A stretch of 64,000 nt of DNA from an uncultured Thermoleophilia bacterium (lineage in GTDB: Bacteria > Actinomycetota > Thermoleophilia > UBA2241). The notes beneath the pieces were generated by a model. It was not told the origin of the DNA. It ran no database searches and saw only the letters and a list, made by a program, of their open reading frames with translations. The first letter of the stretch is position 1, and each line of letters opens with the position of its first letter. This document shows positions 28,031 through 38,435 of the stretch, piece by piece. Both the position numbers and the translations under genes were made by a program. Location: the NCBI GenBank assembly GCA_963702475.1, contig CAVPCT010000004.1, forward strand, positions 320,001-384,000. The letters are read 5' to 3'.

Positions 28031-28903
28031 ATGGACAGACGCAGGAGACGCCGCACGGGCGCCGCCCGCCCGCGCTGCGGCTACTTCCGCTGCGGCCTGC
28101 CCTACAACCGCATCGGCAACGGCCCGCGGACACTCCTGGTGCTGCAGGGCCTCTTGCCCGAGAACAAGCCGCAGCCCGCGTCGAGCGTGCGCATGTACCG
28201 CTTCCTCGGCCGCGAGTACACCGCGTACGTCGTCTTGCGACGGCGCGGCCTGCCCCAGGGGTACACCCTCGGCGACATGGCGGCGGACTACGCGACGCTC
28301 GTGCGGGAGGAGCTGGGGGGGCCGGTCGACGTCATCGGTGTCTCGACCGGAGGCTCAATCGCCATGCACTTCGCGGCGGATCACCCTGAGCTCGTCCGGC
28401 GTCTGGTGATCCACTCGAGCGCGCACGCGCTGAGCCGCTCCGCCCGGCGCCTGCAGCTCCTGGTGCGCGACCGTGCACTGAAGGGCGACTGGGTGGGCGT
28501 CTGGCGCCTGTTCGTCGACGCCGTCTTTCCCCGCCACGGGCTCGCCGGCGTCGTGCGTCGCCCCATGGTGGAGCTCTCCGCTCAGCTGCTCGGGCGCTTC
28601 GCTGCGCCCGCGGACCCTTCTGACCTTGCCGTGACGATCCTGGCCGAGGACCGGCTCGTATTTCGCGCCCGCCTCGGCGAGATCGCCGCGCCCACGCTGG
28701 TCATCGCCGGCGCAGAGGACCCCTTCTACACCGTCGACCTGTTCAGAGAGACCGCGGAGGGCATCCCGGACGCGCGCCTGGTGCTCTACCCGGGCATGGG
28801 ACATCCGGCCGCGGGTGCGGACTTCAGGCGTGAGGTTCTCGGCTTCCTCCTCGGGACGGGTCCAGGGCGCGGTGAGCCACGTCGCGGCGGGCCGGCATCA
28901 TGA
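28031..28903 (+). CDS. alpha/beta hydrolase
   Basis: GVSTGG nucleophile elbow, PTLVIAG.ED, GH. Confidence 0.82.
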   Translation: MDRRRRRRTGAARPRCGYFRCGLPYNRIGNGPRTLLVLQGLLPENKPQPASSVRMYRFLGREYTAYVVLRRRGLPQGYTLGDMAADYATLVREELGGPVDVIGVSTGGSIAMHFAADHPELVRRLVIHSSAHALSRSARRLQLLVRDRALKGDWVGVWRLFVDAVFPRHGLAGVVRRPMVELSAQLLGRFAAPADPSDLAVTILAEDRLVFRARLGEIAAPTLVIAGAEDPFYTVDLFRETAEGIPDARLVLYPGMGHPAAGADFRREVLGFLLGTGPGRGEPRRGGPAS

Positions 28904-29799
28904 GCGGCGTCTGGTTCGCCCTCGGTCTCACGCTGTTCGCAGGTATGGCCACGGCCATCGGCAGCGTCATCGCGTTCACGGCCAAACGCACCAACTACCG
29001 CTTTCTCTCCGTCGCCACCGGTTTCTCCGCCGGCGTGATGCTGTACGTGTCGTTCGTGGAGATCTTCGTCAAAGGGGCCGACGCGCTCGCAGAGCCCTAC
29101 GGCGAGGCGACGGGCTACCTCATCACGACGGTGTCGTTCTTCGGCGGCATGGCGCTGATAGGGATCATCGACAACCTCATCCCCGCCGGCGAGAACCCCC
29201 ACGAGACGCACGCCGAGGCGGAGATCGCACCGTTGCACGACGCGACGGCGCCCATCCCGGACGGCTGCGTGCTGTCCGGCGCGGGCGGTCACGAGCCCGG
29301 CATACACGACCACACCGCCGACCACCACAAGCTCATGCGCATGGGCCTCTTCACCGCGCTCGCCATAGGCATCCACAACTTCCCCGAGGGCCTGGCCACG
29401 TTTCTCGCGGCCCTCCAGAACCCCGGGCTGGGCGTCGCCATCGCCACCGCCATCGCCCTGCACAACATCCCTGAGGGCATCAGCGTCTCGGTGCCGATCT
29501 ACTACGCGACCGGCGATCGCAAGAAGGCGTTCGTCTACTCGGTCCTGAGTGGGCTCTCGGAGCCGGTAGGCGCCCTGATCGCCTACCTGATCATGCTCCT
29601 CCTCCTCGGCGGTTCGGGGGCCGAGGTGCCTCCTCAGCTGATGGGGATCCTGTTCGCAGGCGTGGCAGGCATCATGGTGTACATCAGCCTTGATGAACTG
29701 CTGCCCACCAGCCGCGCCTACGGCAAGGGACACGACAGCCTGTACGGGCTGGTCGCCGGGATGCTGGTGATGGCGATGAGCCTCGTCCTGATGAAGTAG
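28900..29799 (+). CDS. zupT: ZIP-family zinc transporter
   Basis: [29 protein letters not shown]. Confidence 0.92.
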   Translation: MSGVWFALGLTLFAGMATAIGSVIAFTAKRTNYRFLSVATGFSAGVMLYVSFVEIFVKGADALAEPYGEATGYLITTVSFFGGMALIGIIDNLIPAGENPHETHAEAEIAPLHDATAPIPDGCVLSGAGGHEPGIHDHTADHHKLMRMGLFTALAIGIHNFPEGLATFLAALQNPGLGVAIATAIALHNIPEGISVSVPIYYATGDRKKAFVYSVLSGLSEPVGALIAYLIMLLLLGGSGAEVPPQLMGILFAGVAGIMVYISLDELLPTSRAYGKGHDSLYGLVAGMLVMAMSLVLMK

Positions 29800-29803
29800 C
29801 GGC

Positions 29804-30745
29804 GTGGTCGTCGACGTCGCCCTGGTCATCGCCGGCCTCGTCCTGCTCGCGGCCGGCGCCGAGGGTCTGGTGCGCGGGGCTGGTGCACTGGCGCTGCGCT
29901 TCGGCGTCGCCCCGCTGGTCATCGGCCTCACGATCGTCGCGTTCGGCACCGGCAGTCCGGAGCTCGTGCTCAGCATCCAGGCCGCCGCAGCCGGCAACGG
30001 CGGTATCGCCCTCGGCAACGTGCTGGGTTCCAACATCAGCAACATCGGCCTCGTGCTCGGCGTCGCCGCGCTGGTCTCGCCCCTTGGGGTGCACGCGCGA
30101 CTCGTCCGCCGCGAGGTGCCGGTGATGATCGTCGTGAGCTTCGCGCTCGCGGCACTCCTGTGGGACGGCGGGCTCAGCAGGCTGGACGGTGCGGCACTGC
30201 TCACGGGGGCAGTGGTGTACTTCGCCGCCGCGTATCTTGGGGCCCGGCGCGGCGATGTGCCGGCCGTGATGGAGGAGTTCGAGGAGGCTGTGGAACGCAA
30301 ACGCTCGCTGCGCACCGAGGTGCTGCTCATCGCGGCGGGCCTGGCGGCGCTGCTGGTCGGCGCCACGGTGCTCCTGCGTGGCGCCGTCTCGCTGGCCACG
30401 GCACTCGGCGTCAGTGAGGTGGTGGTGGGCCTCACGGTGATCGCGATCGGGACGAGTCTGCCGGAGCTGGCGACCTCCGTGACGGCCGCGCGCCGCCACG
30501 AGGCGGACGTGGCGTTCGGCAATGCGATCGGCTCGAACGTGTTCAACATCCTCGCCGTGCTCGGCGTGGCCGCGCTCGTGCGGCCCATCGCGGCGAGCGG
30601 GCTGCGCCCCGCGGACGTGGCCGTGTTCCTCGTGAGCGCGGTGCTCCTGCTGCCGGTCATGGCGAGGGGATCGGTGCTGTCCCGGTGGGAGGGCGGCGTG
30701 CTGCTTGCCGGCTACGCGGCCTACATCGTTTCGCTCGCGGTCTGA
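29804..30745 (+). CDS. calcium/sodium antiporter (CaCA, YrbG-like)
   Basis: Two alpha repeats GT.SPE / GTSLPE, GN..GSN. Confidence 0.9.
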   Translation: MVVDVALVIAGLVLLAAGAEGLVRGAGALALRFGVAPLVIGLTIVAFGTGSPELVLSIQAAAAGNGGIALGNVLGSNISNIGLVLGVAALVSPLGVHARLVRREVPVMIVVSFALAALLWDGGLSRLDGAALLTGAVVYFAAAYLGARRGDVPAVMEEFEEAVERKRSLRTEVLLIAAGLAALLVGATVLLRGAVSLATALGVSEVVVGLTVIAIGTSLPELATSVTAARRHEADVAFGNAIGSNVFNILAVLGVAALVRPIAASGLRPADVAVFLVSAVLLLPVMARGSVLSRWEGGVLLAGYAAYIVSLAV

Positions 30746-30852
30746 CGCCGGCGGGGCCGACGTTTGGTGCGCGGGGGCCCGCCGCCGGCGCGCGGAGCGA
30801 TTGGGGCACGCGCCGGTCGGGCAGGACGAGTCGCGGGACGAAGGAGGCATCT

Positions 30853-31401
30853 GTGGACGACACCGCCGTGATCAAGGCGACGGGCAAGCAGCTGAGCGAG
30901 TGGTTCGCGATCCTCGACGAGCGCGGGGCCCGAGAGCTGCAGCACAAGGAGATCGCCCGGCTGCTTCACCAGGACTTCGGCGTGCCCGGCTGGTGGAGCC
31001 AAAGCGTCACGGTCGAGTACGAGAAGCACATCGGCCGCCGCGAGACCGGCCAGACGCAGAGCGGCGAGTACGAGGCAACCGTCACCAAGACGCTGCCGGG
31101 GACGATGGACGAGGTGCTCGACCGTTGGATCGCGCGCGTGGCCGCCGGCCCGGGTTGCGGCTTCGACGGCGTCGACTTCGCCGGCGAGCCCAGCGCAAGC
31201 AGGACGGAGAAGTGGCGCTACTGGCGCGTGGCGCTCGCCGACGGCTCGCGTGTGACGGTGACGATCTCGGACAAGCCGGGCGGCACGACCCCGGCCGCCG
31301 GCCCGGCCTCCGTGCTCGCCGTCACGTCTGGCCGGCTCCGCACACGGGACGACGGCGCCCGCTGGAAGAGCTACTGGCGGGCGTACCTGGCCGAGCTCTG
31401 A
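30853..31401 (+). CDS. hypothetical protein (DUF4287-like N-terminus)
   Basis: ATGK...EWF..LD, H.EIA..L, WW.Q.VTV.YE; AAGGAGG RBS. Confidence 0.65.
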   Translation: MDDTAVIKATGKQLSEWFAILDERGARELQHKEIARLLHQDFGVPGWWSQSVTVEYEKHIGRRETGQTQSGEYEATVTKTLPGTMDEVLDRWIARVAAGPGCGFDGVDFAGEPSASRTEKWRYWRVALADGSRVTVTISDKPGGTTPAAGPASVLAVTSGRLRTRDDGARWKSYWRAYLAEL

Positions 31402-31436
31402 CGTCCGCGCTTGAGCGGCCGGCCCCGATGTCCCCG

Positions 31437-31628
31437 TCAGGGGATGTTCAGCTTGTCCATCACCCCGTAGACGAAGAACGCCGGCCACACAAGGGACTGG
31501 ATGACGCCCCAGACCCCGTCCCAGAACGAGTTCGCCGTGCTGATGTAGTAGACGAGCGCGCCGATGAGCCCGAGCCCGTAGACGGCCCCCGCGCCGGCTG
31601 CTCCAGCGTTGTTCCTGTTGTCCGACAT
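31437..31628 (-). CDS. small membrane protein
   Basis: AVYGLGLIGALVYY...FW.GVWG...SLVWPA; AAGGAG RBS. Confidence 0.7.
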   Translation of the reverse strand: MSDNRNNAGAAGAGAVYGLGLIGALVYYISTANSFWDGVWGVIQSLVWPAFFVYGVMDKLNIP

Positions 31629-31699
31629 GATCGCTCCTTCGCCAGGTGGTGCGGTACGTACCGTCACCGTATCACCGACGCGTCAGGATTCCGCGTCTG

Positions 31700-31753
31700 T
31701 TGACAACGGCGCCAACTCGGCGCAGAATGTACGCGAAAACCGAAATCGTTTTC
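31700..31753 (+). promoter_or_regulatory. tetR promoter and palindromic operator
   Basis: TTGACA-17-CAGAAT; GAAAAC-N7-GTTTTC at 31735-31753. Confidence 0.55.
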
Positions 31754-31773
31754 TGGTATACACGGAGTGATGC

Positions 31774-32397
31774 ATGCCGGCGACCAAGGACCAGATCGCG
31801 CTGACCTTCATGGGCCTGGCCGTTCGCTACGGCTTTCGCCGCACGTCCGTTGAGGATGTGGCCAGGGCGCTGCGGATCTCCAAGAAGACCATCTACGAGC
31901 ACTTCTCCAGCAAGGAGGCGGTGTTTGGATACGCGCTCGAGTTAGCGGCAGGAGAGCAGCGACGGAGGGTGGAGTCGCTCCTCACCGAGAGCACGGCGCT
32001 CGGCCGGGCTCTCGAGATCACACGCATCGCGCTCGCCGATGCGCGCGCCGGGTTCGAGCAGCACCCGGGGCTCGAACTCGTCGACCCGGAGCTGCAAGGG
32101 CAGGTCAACGACCGCGTGTACGGACCCATGGTGAGGGACCTTCTCGAGCAGGGGGTTGCCGGCGGGGAGTTCCGGGTCGCCGACGTGGGGCTGACGAGCA
32201 GGTTCGTGCAGGCTGTCGGCATGGAGGCGGTGCGGCAGATCCACGACGACCCGGCGAGCCGCCCCGAGGAGGCTACCGTCGAGGCGATACGTCGGCTCAT
32301 CGCCGGCGACGGCGGGGCGTCGCCGGCGGCATCCGGCCGCGGACAAGACGCGGCCGGCGAGACGGCCAAACCCGGCAAGAAAAGCAAGAAGAAGTGA
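31774..32397 (+). CDS. TetR family regulator
   Basis: GF..TSVEDVA....ISKKTIY.HF.SKE. Confidence 0.9.
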   Translation: MPATKDQIALTFMGLAVRYGFRRTSVEDVARALRISKKTIYEHFSSKEAVFGYALELAAGEQRRRVESLLTESTALGRALEITRIALADARAGFEQHPGLELVDPELQGQVNDRVYGPMVRDLLEQGVAGGEFRVADVGLTSRFVQAVGMEAVRQIHDDPASRPEEATVEAIRRLIAGDGGASPAASGRGQDAAGETAKPGKKSKKK

Positions 32398-32410
32398 CGA
32401 GGTGAGGAAG

Positions 32411-32965
32411 ATGGTGAAGGTACTCGTGACATACGGCTCGCGCTACGGCTCCACCCATGAGGTCGCAACGGCGGTCGCGGCCGCCCTGACCGAGTCGGGC
32501 GTGGAGACCGAGCTGATGGCGGCGAGCGAGGTGCGCTCGCTGGACGGCTACGACTGCGTCGTGCTGGGCACGCCGCTGTACCTGGGCGCGCTGCACAAGG
32601 ACGCGCGCGCTCTGCTCGAGAGGCACCGGGATGCTCTTGCGGGGCGGCCCCTGGCCGTCTTCGCCCTGGGGCCGATCAAGGCCGACGACGGCCTGGACGG
32701 CTCGCGCGAGCAGCTCATCACCGCGCTCGCCAAAGCGCAATGCCCGACGCCGGTCGTCACCGGCGTCTTCGTCGGCGCTTACGACCCAGCGCGGCTCGGC
32801 TTCAAAGACAGGATGCTCACCGCACTGCCTGCGAGTCCGCTGCACGGCGAACCCGCGCACGACGACCGCGATTGGGATGCGATCCGCCGCTGGGCGCGTG
32901 AGGCTGCGCGGCTCCTGCCGCAGCAAACGGCGCCGGAGGGCGCTGCGCGCGCCGGCGCCGCCTGA
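32411..32965 (+). CDS. flavodoxin-domain protein (HemG-like)
   Basis: YGSRYGST, YD.VVLG.P.Y, D.RDW..I..WA. Confidence 0.82.
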   Translation: MVKVLVTYGSRYGSTHEVATAVAAALTESGVETELMAASEVRSLDGYDCVVLGTPLYLGALHKDARALLERHRDALAGRPLAVFALGPIKADDGLDGSREQLITALAKAQCPTPVVTGVFVGAYDPARLGFKDRMLTALPASPLHGEPAHDDRDWDAIRRWAREAARLLPQQTAPEGAARAGAA

Positions 32966-33027
32966 GCTTCCGCATATCTGCGGCCCCAGCGCCGCCTGAG
33001 CCGCCGCCGGCCTCGGCGCCGTGACCC

Positions 33028-34173
33028 TCACCCCCACCCGTGGTGGGTGGGAGGCAGGAGGCGCTGTGACTCGTCCACGATCCGCAGCGCCTCCCGAAGC
33101 CCGGCGCGGACGATGCGGGGGAGGCTGTCGGTGTCCACCTCGTTGTCCAGGGGTCGTCCCGCGCGCAGCTGATCCGCCTGGTGACGCAAGCGCAGATCGG
33201 CGAGGAGCTCGAAGGAGGTCTGCAGCGAACGCATCGTCTCCCGATCGTGCAGGCCGAGCCGCTCGGCGGCCGCCAGCCTGTCGAGGGTGCCCGTCGCGGT
33301 GAGCCCGTGGTTCAGGGCCAGGTAGCGAGCCAGATTGGCGATGGCCAGCAACCCAGTGCGCTTGAGATCGACTCGGCCCACAAGGCGACGGGGAAACCGC
33401 AGTGGCGAGTGCACCTCCCTGACCGTTGCGCCGATGCCTGCGAGAAACGCCGGGTGTTGCGGTGCGGCGCGGACGACCCGCGAGAACGGTCCGGCGACGG
33501 GGAGATCGCCGGCGATCCTGCGGTAGTCGAACACGATGGAGGCGCCCATGATGTGGGACTCGTTGGTCGCCGTTAAGCATCGCGTCATGCGGGCCGTCCA
33601 GTCCTGCAGTGGCAAGCGCCAGCGGGCGTCCGACGCTGATACGCCGGAGACGTCCTTCTGAAGGCCGCATGCGGCGAGGCCACTCGTGACGTACTCCGCG
33701 ATGCGCGCGAGATGGGCGTCCACCTCGGGGTCCGCGGCGCCGGCGTAAGCGAGCCCGTTGTCCTGATCGGAGGCCGGAGTCAGTTCGCGGCGGGCGGCGC
33801 TGCCCAGGCCGAGCCAGGCGAAGTCGACCGGGGGTCGCCCGTACTTCTCCACAGCGAGTGCGAGCAGGCGCCGGGTGATGTCGTCGTACAGGAGCGTCAG
33901 GCTGCGCGACACCGCAGGCGCCTTGAGACCTGCGTCCACGAGGTCGAGGAAGAACGCGGGCAACACCGTCGCGATCCTCGCCACCGCTGCCGCTCCCGGC
34001 GCGGCGGCGATCGCCCGGTGGAGTGATAGAGGGCTGATGGCGTCGACCGTCGGGACGCCCGCCTCCGAGGTCCGGACGAGAGGCGCGGGCTTGGTGAAAC
34101 GGCCGCCGACGAGCTGCCCGGCGGCACGCTGCCCGGCGGGAGGTCGAGTGTCTCGGCTCGTGATCGCAGCCAT
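33028..34173 (-). CDS. DUF294 putative nucleotidyltransferase
   Basis: LGS.ARRE....SDQDN, FDYR, DLKR.G...I...AR, T..RL. Confidence 0.8.
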   Translation of the reverse strand: MAAITSRDTRPPAGQRAAGQLVGGRFTKPAPLVRTSEAGVPTVDAISPLSLHRAIAAAPGAAAVARIATVLPAFFLDLVDAGLKAPAVSRSLTLLYDDITRRLLALAVEKYGRPPVDFAWLGLGSAARRELTPASDQDNGLAYAGAADPEVDAHLARIAEYVTSGLAACGLQKDVSGVSASDARWRLPLQDWTARMTRCLTATNESHIMGASIVFDYRRIAGDLPVAGPFSRVVRAAPQHPAFLAGIGATVREVHSPLRFPRRLVGRVDLKRTGLLAIANLARYLALNHGLTATGTLDRLAAAERLGLHDRETMRSLQTSFELLADLRLRHQADQLRAGRPLDNEVDTDSLPRIVRAGLREALRIVDESQRLLPPTHHGWG

Positions 34174-34241
34174 GGTCCCAAGACGACTCTACCCCTGCCG
34201 GGCGGCGTCATAATGCGAGTATACTGATAGTAAGTTGTGAG

Positions 34242-34258
34242 TTACTACCCCGTAGTAA
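34242..34258. promoter_or_regulatory. perfect palindrome in AT-rich divergent intergenic region
   Basis: TTACTAC-CCC-GTAGTAA. Confidence 0.5.
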
Positions 34259-34302
34259 TGCTAGGTGACCAAGTTCGTGAAGTGCGAGGAGGTAATCGCA
34301 GC

Positions 34303-35526
34303 ATGCCGACGCCGCAAGGGCTGAGCGACGCCCGCCTCCGCGCTTTCGTCGGCGCGGTGTTCGACGCCTACTACGACTGGGATGTGAGGAGCGGCTCGCT
34401 GGAGATGTCCGCGCAGATGGACGCGCTCCTCAAGCTGCGGCCGGGAGAGCTGCCCCGCAGGTTCGACGCGTTCGCCGAGCGCATCCATCCCGACGATCGC
34501 GAGGCGACGCTCAAGATGACCGGTGAGGCGACGCGGACCGGCGGGGTGTATGACGGCGAGTACCGCATGCGGCGCGGGGACGGGAGCTACATCGTGGTGC
34601 GCGACCGCGGAGTCATGCTGGCCGACGAGCCGGACCTCTCCGGCCACATGATCGGCGCCGTCCGCGACGTGACGCAGGAGCGAGAGGCTTCGCAGGCCGA
34701 GAGGCGGGCAGCCGAGCTCTATCACACGCTCTTCGCGCACGCGGTCAACCCCGCGTACCACATCGCCGACGACGGCCGCTTTCTGGACGCCAACCGCGCC
34801 GGCCTCGAGTTCCTGGCCGTCAGCAAGCCGCAGCTGCTGCGCGAGGATGTGGCGACCCGGTGGGGCAAGTCAGCGCCGGCCGCGCTGCGCGCTGCGCTGA
34901 GCAGCAGCACGTCGGTGGCGACGCTCGACCTGGAGATCGTCGTGGGCGGCGCCGTCAAGGCGCTGGCGGTGACTCTGTTGCCCAGCGTCCTGCAAAGGGA
35001 GCGCACGTGCTTCGCCCTCGGGACCGACGTCACCGAGCACATGAGGCTGCGCCGTGCGCTCGAGGCCTCCGAGCAGTCGCTGAGGGAACAGGCGGCGGCG
35101 CTGGAGGACGCCAACACGGCGCTCCGCGTCATCCTCGATCAGCGGAACCGCGACCGCGCCGACCTCGAGCAGACCATCGTGTCCAACGCCGAGATGCTGA
35201 TCGTGCCTCTCCTCGAGCGCCTGCGGAACCGGCTCGGCGCCTCCCCCGAGGCGATCTACGCCGACGCGGCCATGCAGAACCTCCGGCAGCTCGTCCACCC
35301 ATTCGCTCGCGCCCTGGACGCCATGGCCGGTGCGGAGGCGCGGCTCACCGTGCGCGAGCGCGAGATCGCCAACCTCATCAGGACCGGCAAGACCTCCAGC
35401 GAGATCGCCGAGGCCCTGTTCATCTCGCCGGCGACGGTGGCGTTCCACCGCAGGAACCTGCGGCGCAAACTCGGCCTTGAGGCTCGCGACCCGACGCTGG
35501 CGACGCATCTTGCGCGGCTGCCGTGA
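34303..35526 (+). CDS. PAS-PAS-LuxR HTH transcriptional regulator
   Basis: YDWD..IHPDD..EYR..R.DG PAS3 domain; second PAS; LT.RE.EIA..I..G.TS.EIA..L.IS..TV.FHR.NLR.KLG. Confidence 0.88.
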   Translation: MPTPQGLSDARLRAFVGAVFDAYYDWDVRSGSLEMSAQMDALLKLRPGELPRRFDAFAERIHPDDREATLKMTGEATRTGGVYDGEYRMRRGDGSYIVVRDRGVMLADEPDLSGHMIGAVRDVTQEREASQAERRAAELYHTLFAHAVNPAYHIADDGRFLDANRAGLEFLAVSKPQLLREDVATRWGKSAPAALRAALSSSTSVATLDLEIVVGGAVKALAVTLLPSVLQRERTCFALGTDVTEHMRLRRALEASEQSLREQAAALEDANTALRVILDQRNRDRADLEQTIVSNAEMLIVPLLERLRNRLGASPEAIYADAAMQNLRQLVHPFARALDAMAGAEARLTVREREIANLIRTGKTSSEIAEALFISPATVAFHRRNLRRKLGLEARDPTLATHLARLP

Positions 35527-35645
35527 CGGGCGCCCACGCTGTGACTGCGGGGGTAGGCCCTGCACTGTCTTCTGGACCCCGGGTCACGCGTCCCCAGTGG
35601 GCGATACACGCGGTTGACGAATCTGACGTGGGAGGCGGCGGGCCC

Positions 35646-35810
35646 GTGTTCGAGCAGGCCTTCGGAACATCGACGACGTGCTCTGGAAGGAGGCGGGCTG
35701 CACTAGTGCCCGAGGCGGTTCGCCGCGTCCAGTCAAGGGATTCCTGACGACCGATCCAGACGGCATCAGCTGGATCAAGATCAGCGATGCGAGCGCGAGC
35801 GGCAAGTACA
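35646..35810 (+). pseudogene. type I restriction-modification remnant: hsdM N-terminus joined to an hsdS TRD fragment
   Basis: MFEQAF(R)NIDDVLWKEAGCTS then RGGSPRP..FLT.DPDGISWIKISDA.ASGKY; GGAGG upstream. Confidence 0.7.
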
Positions 35811-35964
35811 CGTGGCGTGCGCCGCCGTCGAGGACGTCCTCCGCGGCGTCGATCTTGAGCCCTGGGGCAGACGCGGTCCGTGCGCTCGTCGGTCGAACGC
35901 CAGTGGTCCCGCTGGAGTGGACGTTCGCGTGCCCTGTGTCGCTGGGCGAAGCACATGCTGATGC

Positions 35965-35986
35965 TTGACAGTTTAGTGATCACTAA
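35965..35986 (+). promoter_or_regulatory. -35 box and TetR operator
   Basis: TTGACA then perfect palindrome TTAGTGATCACTAA; related TAAGTGAGTACTAA at 36675-36688. Confidence 0.6.
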
Positions 35987-36005
35987 CTTATGGTACACAG
36001 CAGTC

Positions 36006-36617
36006 ATGAGCACGATGGCGACAACGAGACTGAGCAAAGAGGAGCGGCGGCGGGAGATCGTCGAGGCCGCCGTGGCCGAGTTCTCCGTCGGCGGCTTTCA
36101 CGGCACGCCCGTCGACGCCATCGCGAAGCGCGTGGGCGTCTCGCAGCCGTACCTGTTCCAGCTCTTCGGCACCAAGAAGGACCTCTTCATCGCGGCCGTG
36201 CAACGCACGTTCGAGCGCACCGTCGCCGTGTTCCGCACGGCGGCGGCGGAGGCGGGTGAGGACGCCGGCGTCTCCGACATCCTCATGGCCATGGGCGTCG
36301 CCTACGGACGCCTGATCGACGACCGCAGCCTCCTGCTCATGCAGATGCAGGCCTACACGGCGTGTTCGGACGACGAGATCAAGGCCGTCGTGCGTGAGGA
36401 GATGCTGCGCCTCGTCACCTTCGTGCAGTCGGCGTCGGGGGCGCCCGAGGCCGCCGTCCGCGAGTGGCTGGCCTACGGCATGCTCATGAACGTGGTCGTG
36501 GCGATGGACCTCACCCACGTCGACGCCGACTGGGCGCGCCTCATGTGCCCGGTCGACGGCACGCAACTCGTGGCCATGGCTGTCGACGCGGCGGGCAAAG
36601 AGGAGCGCAGCAAGTAG
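36006..36617 (+). CDS. TetR family regulator
   Basis: GF.GT....IAKRVGVSQPYLF.LFGTKKDLF. Confidence 0.9.
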   Translation: MSTMATTRLSKEERRREIVEAAVAEFSVGGFHGTPVDAIAKRVGVSQPYLFQLFGTKKDLFIAAVQRTFERTVAVFRTAAAEAGEDAGVSDILMAMGVAYGRLIDDRSLLLMQMQAYTACSDDEIKAVVREEMLRLVTFVQSASGAPEAAVREWLAYGMLMNVVVAMDLTHVDADWARLMCPVDGTQLVAMAVDAAGKEERSK

Positions 36618-36621
36618 ACGC

Positions 36622-36660
36622 GGGGCGGGTCGCCGGCTCCTGGCCGGACCCGCCCCCTTT
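36622..36660 (+). terminator. probable intrinsic terminator
   Basis: GGGGCGGGTC / GACCCGCCCC stem followed by CTTT. Confidence 0.55.
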
Positions 36661-36782
36661 CAGGTCCGCGGAAGTAAGTGAGTACTAAGTCGTAAGACAG
36701 GGAATCGGGCCGGCAGACGGACGACCAGCCGGCCGGAAGACGAGGTCCGAGGGCGCGGAGGCCCGCGAAGGACCGAGAGGAG

Positions 36783-38243
36783 ATGAGAACGATGAGTGCA
36801 CGAGCCAAGACCCTCTGGACCTTCGTGGTCACCAGCGTCGCCGTCTTCATGGTGTCGCTGGACAACCTGGTCGTGACCACCGCGCTGCCGGTGATCAAGG
36901 CCGACCTCAGCGCCTCGCTTGCGGGGCTGGAGTGGACGGTGAACGCGTACACGCTGACGTTCGCCGTCCTGCTGCTGACCGGCGCCGCGCTGGGCGACCG
37001 TTTCGGGCGCAAGCGGATGTTCATCGCAGGCCTTGCGCTGTTCACGGCCGGCTCGGCGGCTGCGGCGCTGGCGCCGAGCATCGAGTGGCTCATCGCCGCC
37101 CGCGCCCTGCAGGGCGTGGGCGGCGCCATTGTGACGCCGCTCACCCTGACGCTCCTCTCCGCGGCGGTGTCTCCGGCGCGCCGCGGCCTGGCGCTCGGCA
37201 TCTGGGGCGGCATCAGCGGCCTCGCCGTGGCCCTTGGGCCGGTGGTCGGCGGCGCCGTCGTCGAAGGCCTGACCTGGCAGTGGATCTTCTGGCTCAACGT
37301 GCCGATCGGCATCGCGCTGGCGCCCATCGCCCTCTTCCGACTGACCGAGTCGCGCGGGCCGAACCGCTCGCTCGACCTCCCCGGCCTCGGCCTTGCCAGC
37401 GCAGGACTGCTGGGCATCGTCTGGGGCCTGGTGCGCGGCAACGAGCACGGCTGGACGAGCTTCGGCGTCGTCGGTCCGATCGTCGCCGGCATCGTCCTGC
37501 TCGGCGCCTTCGTGCTCTGGGAGCGTCGCACGAGCGAGCCCATGGTCCCTCTGCGCTTCTTCCGCAGCCGCGCCTTCTCGGCGGCCAACGTCGTCTCGCT
37601 GCTCATGAGCTTCGGCATGTTCGGCGCGATCTTCCTGCTGGCGCAGTTCTTCCAGGTGGTGCAAGGGTACTCGCCGCTGGAGGCCGGGCTCCGCACACTC
37701 CCGTGGACGGCGATGCCGATCCTCGTGGCGCCCATCGCCGGCATGCTGAGCGACCGCATCGGGGCTCGACCGCTGCTGGTCGCCGGCATGGCGCTGATGG
37801 CCGGCGGGCTCGCGTGGATCGCGGTGGTCACGTCACCGACGGTGGCCTACCTCGAGCTGGTGCCCGCCTTCGTCATGGCCGGCGTGGGCATGAGCCTGTA
37901 CTTCGCCCCGGTCGCGAACCTGGTGCTGAGCACGGTTCGCCGCTCCGAAGAGGGCAAGGCGAGCGGCGTGAACAACACCATCCGCGAGGTCGGCGGCGTG
38001 TTCGGCGTGGCCGTGCTGGCCAGCGTGTTCAGCGCCGTGGGCGGCTACGCGAGCCCGCAGGCGTTCGTGGACGGCATGACGGCCGCCGTGTGGGTCGGGG
38101 CCGCGGCCGTGGCGTTGGCCGCCGTGGCGGCCGTCGCCATCCCGCCGCGGCAGGACGTGGTGCCGGACTCGGTGTCGCTGCTGGAGCGCGGCCGGCGTTC
38201 GGGCGACGGCGCCGCGGTCTGCGAGCCTGAGGCCGCGGCCTGA
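36783..38243 (+). CDS. DHA2-family MFS efflux permease
   Basis: LDNLVV..ALP, W..NAY.L, LGDRFGRKR; about 14 TM segments. Confidence 0.92.
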   Translation: MRTMSARAKTLWTFVVTSVAVFMVSLDNLVVTTALPVIKADLSASLAGLEWTVNAYTLTFAVLLLTGAALGDRFGRKRMFIAGLALFTAGSAAAALAPSIEWLIAARALQGVGGAIVTPLTLTLLSAAVSPARRGLALGIWGGISGLAVALGPVVGGAVVEGLTWQWIFWLNVPIGIALAPIALFRLTESRGPNRSLDLPGLGLASAGLLGIVWGLVRGNEHGWTSFGVVGPIVAGIVLLGAFVLWERRTSEPMVPLRFFRSRAFSAANVVSLLMSFGMFGAIFLLAQFFQVVQGYSPLEAGLRTLPWTAMPILVAPIAGMLSDRIGARPLLVAGMALMAGGLAWIAVVTSPTVAYLELVPAFVMAGVGMSLYFAPVANLVLSTVRRSEEGKASGVNNTIREVGGVFGVAVLASVFSAVGGYASPQAFVDGMTAAVWVGAAAVALAAVAAVAIPPRQDVVPDSVSLLERGRRSGDGAAVCEPEAAA

Positions 38244-38435
38244 CGGCAGTGATCATTGCCGCCGTGCGCCTGCGGACGCCGGCGGCTTGGGGCGGCGGCG
38301 GACTGCGCGGAGGTCCGCCGCCAGCCCGCCCGCTGCCTGCTGCTTGCCGCAGCGCGCATCCGGGCACACTGCCGCCATGGACGAGCGTTGGGCAGCGTGC
38401 GATCGGTGGCATTCCTCGTGCACGAGGCGCGACCG

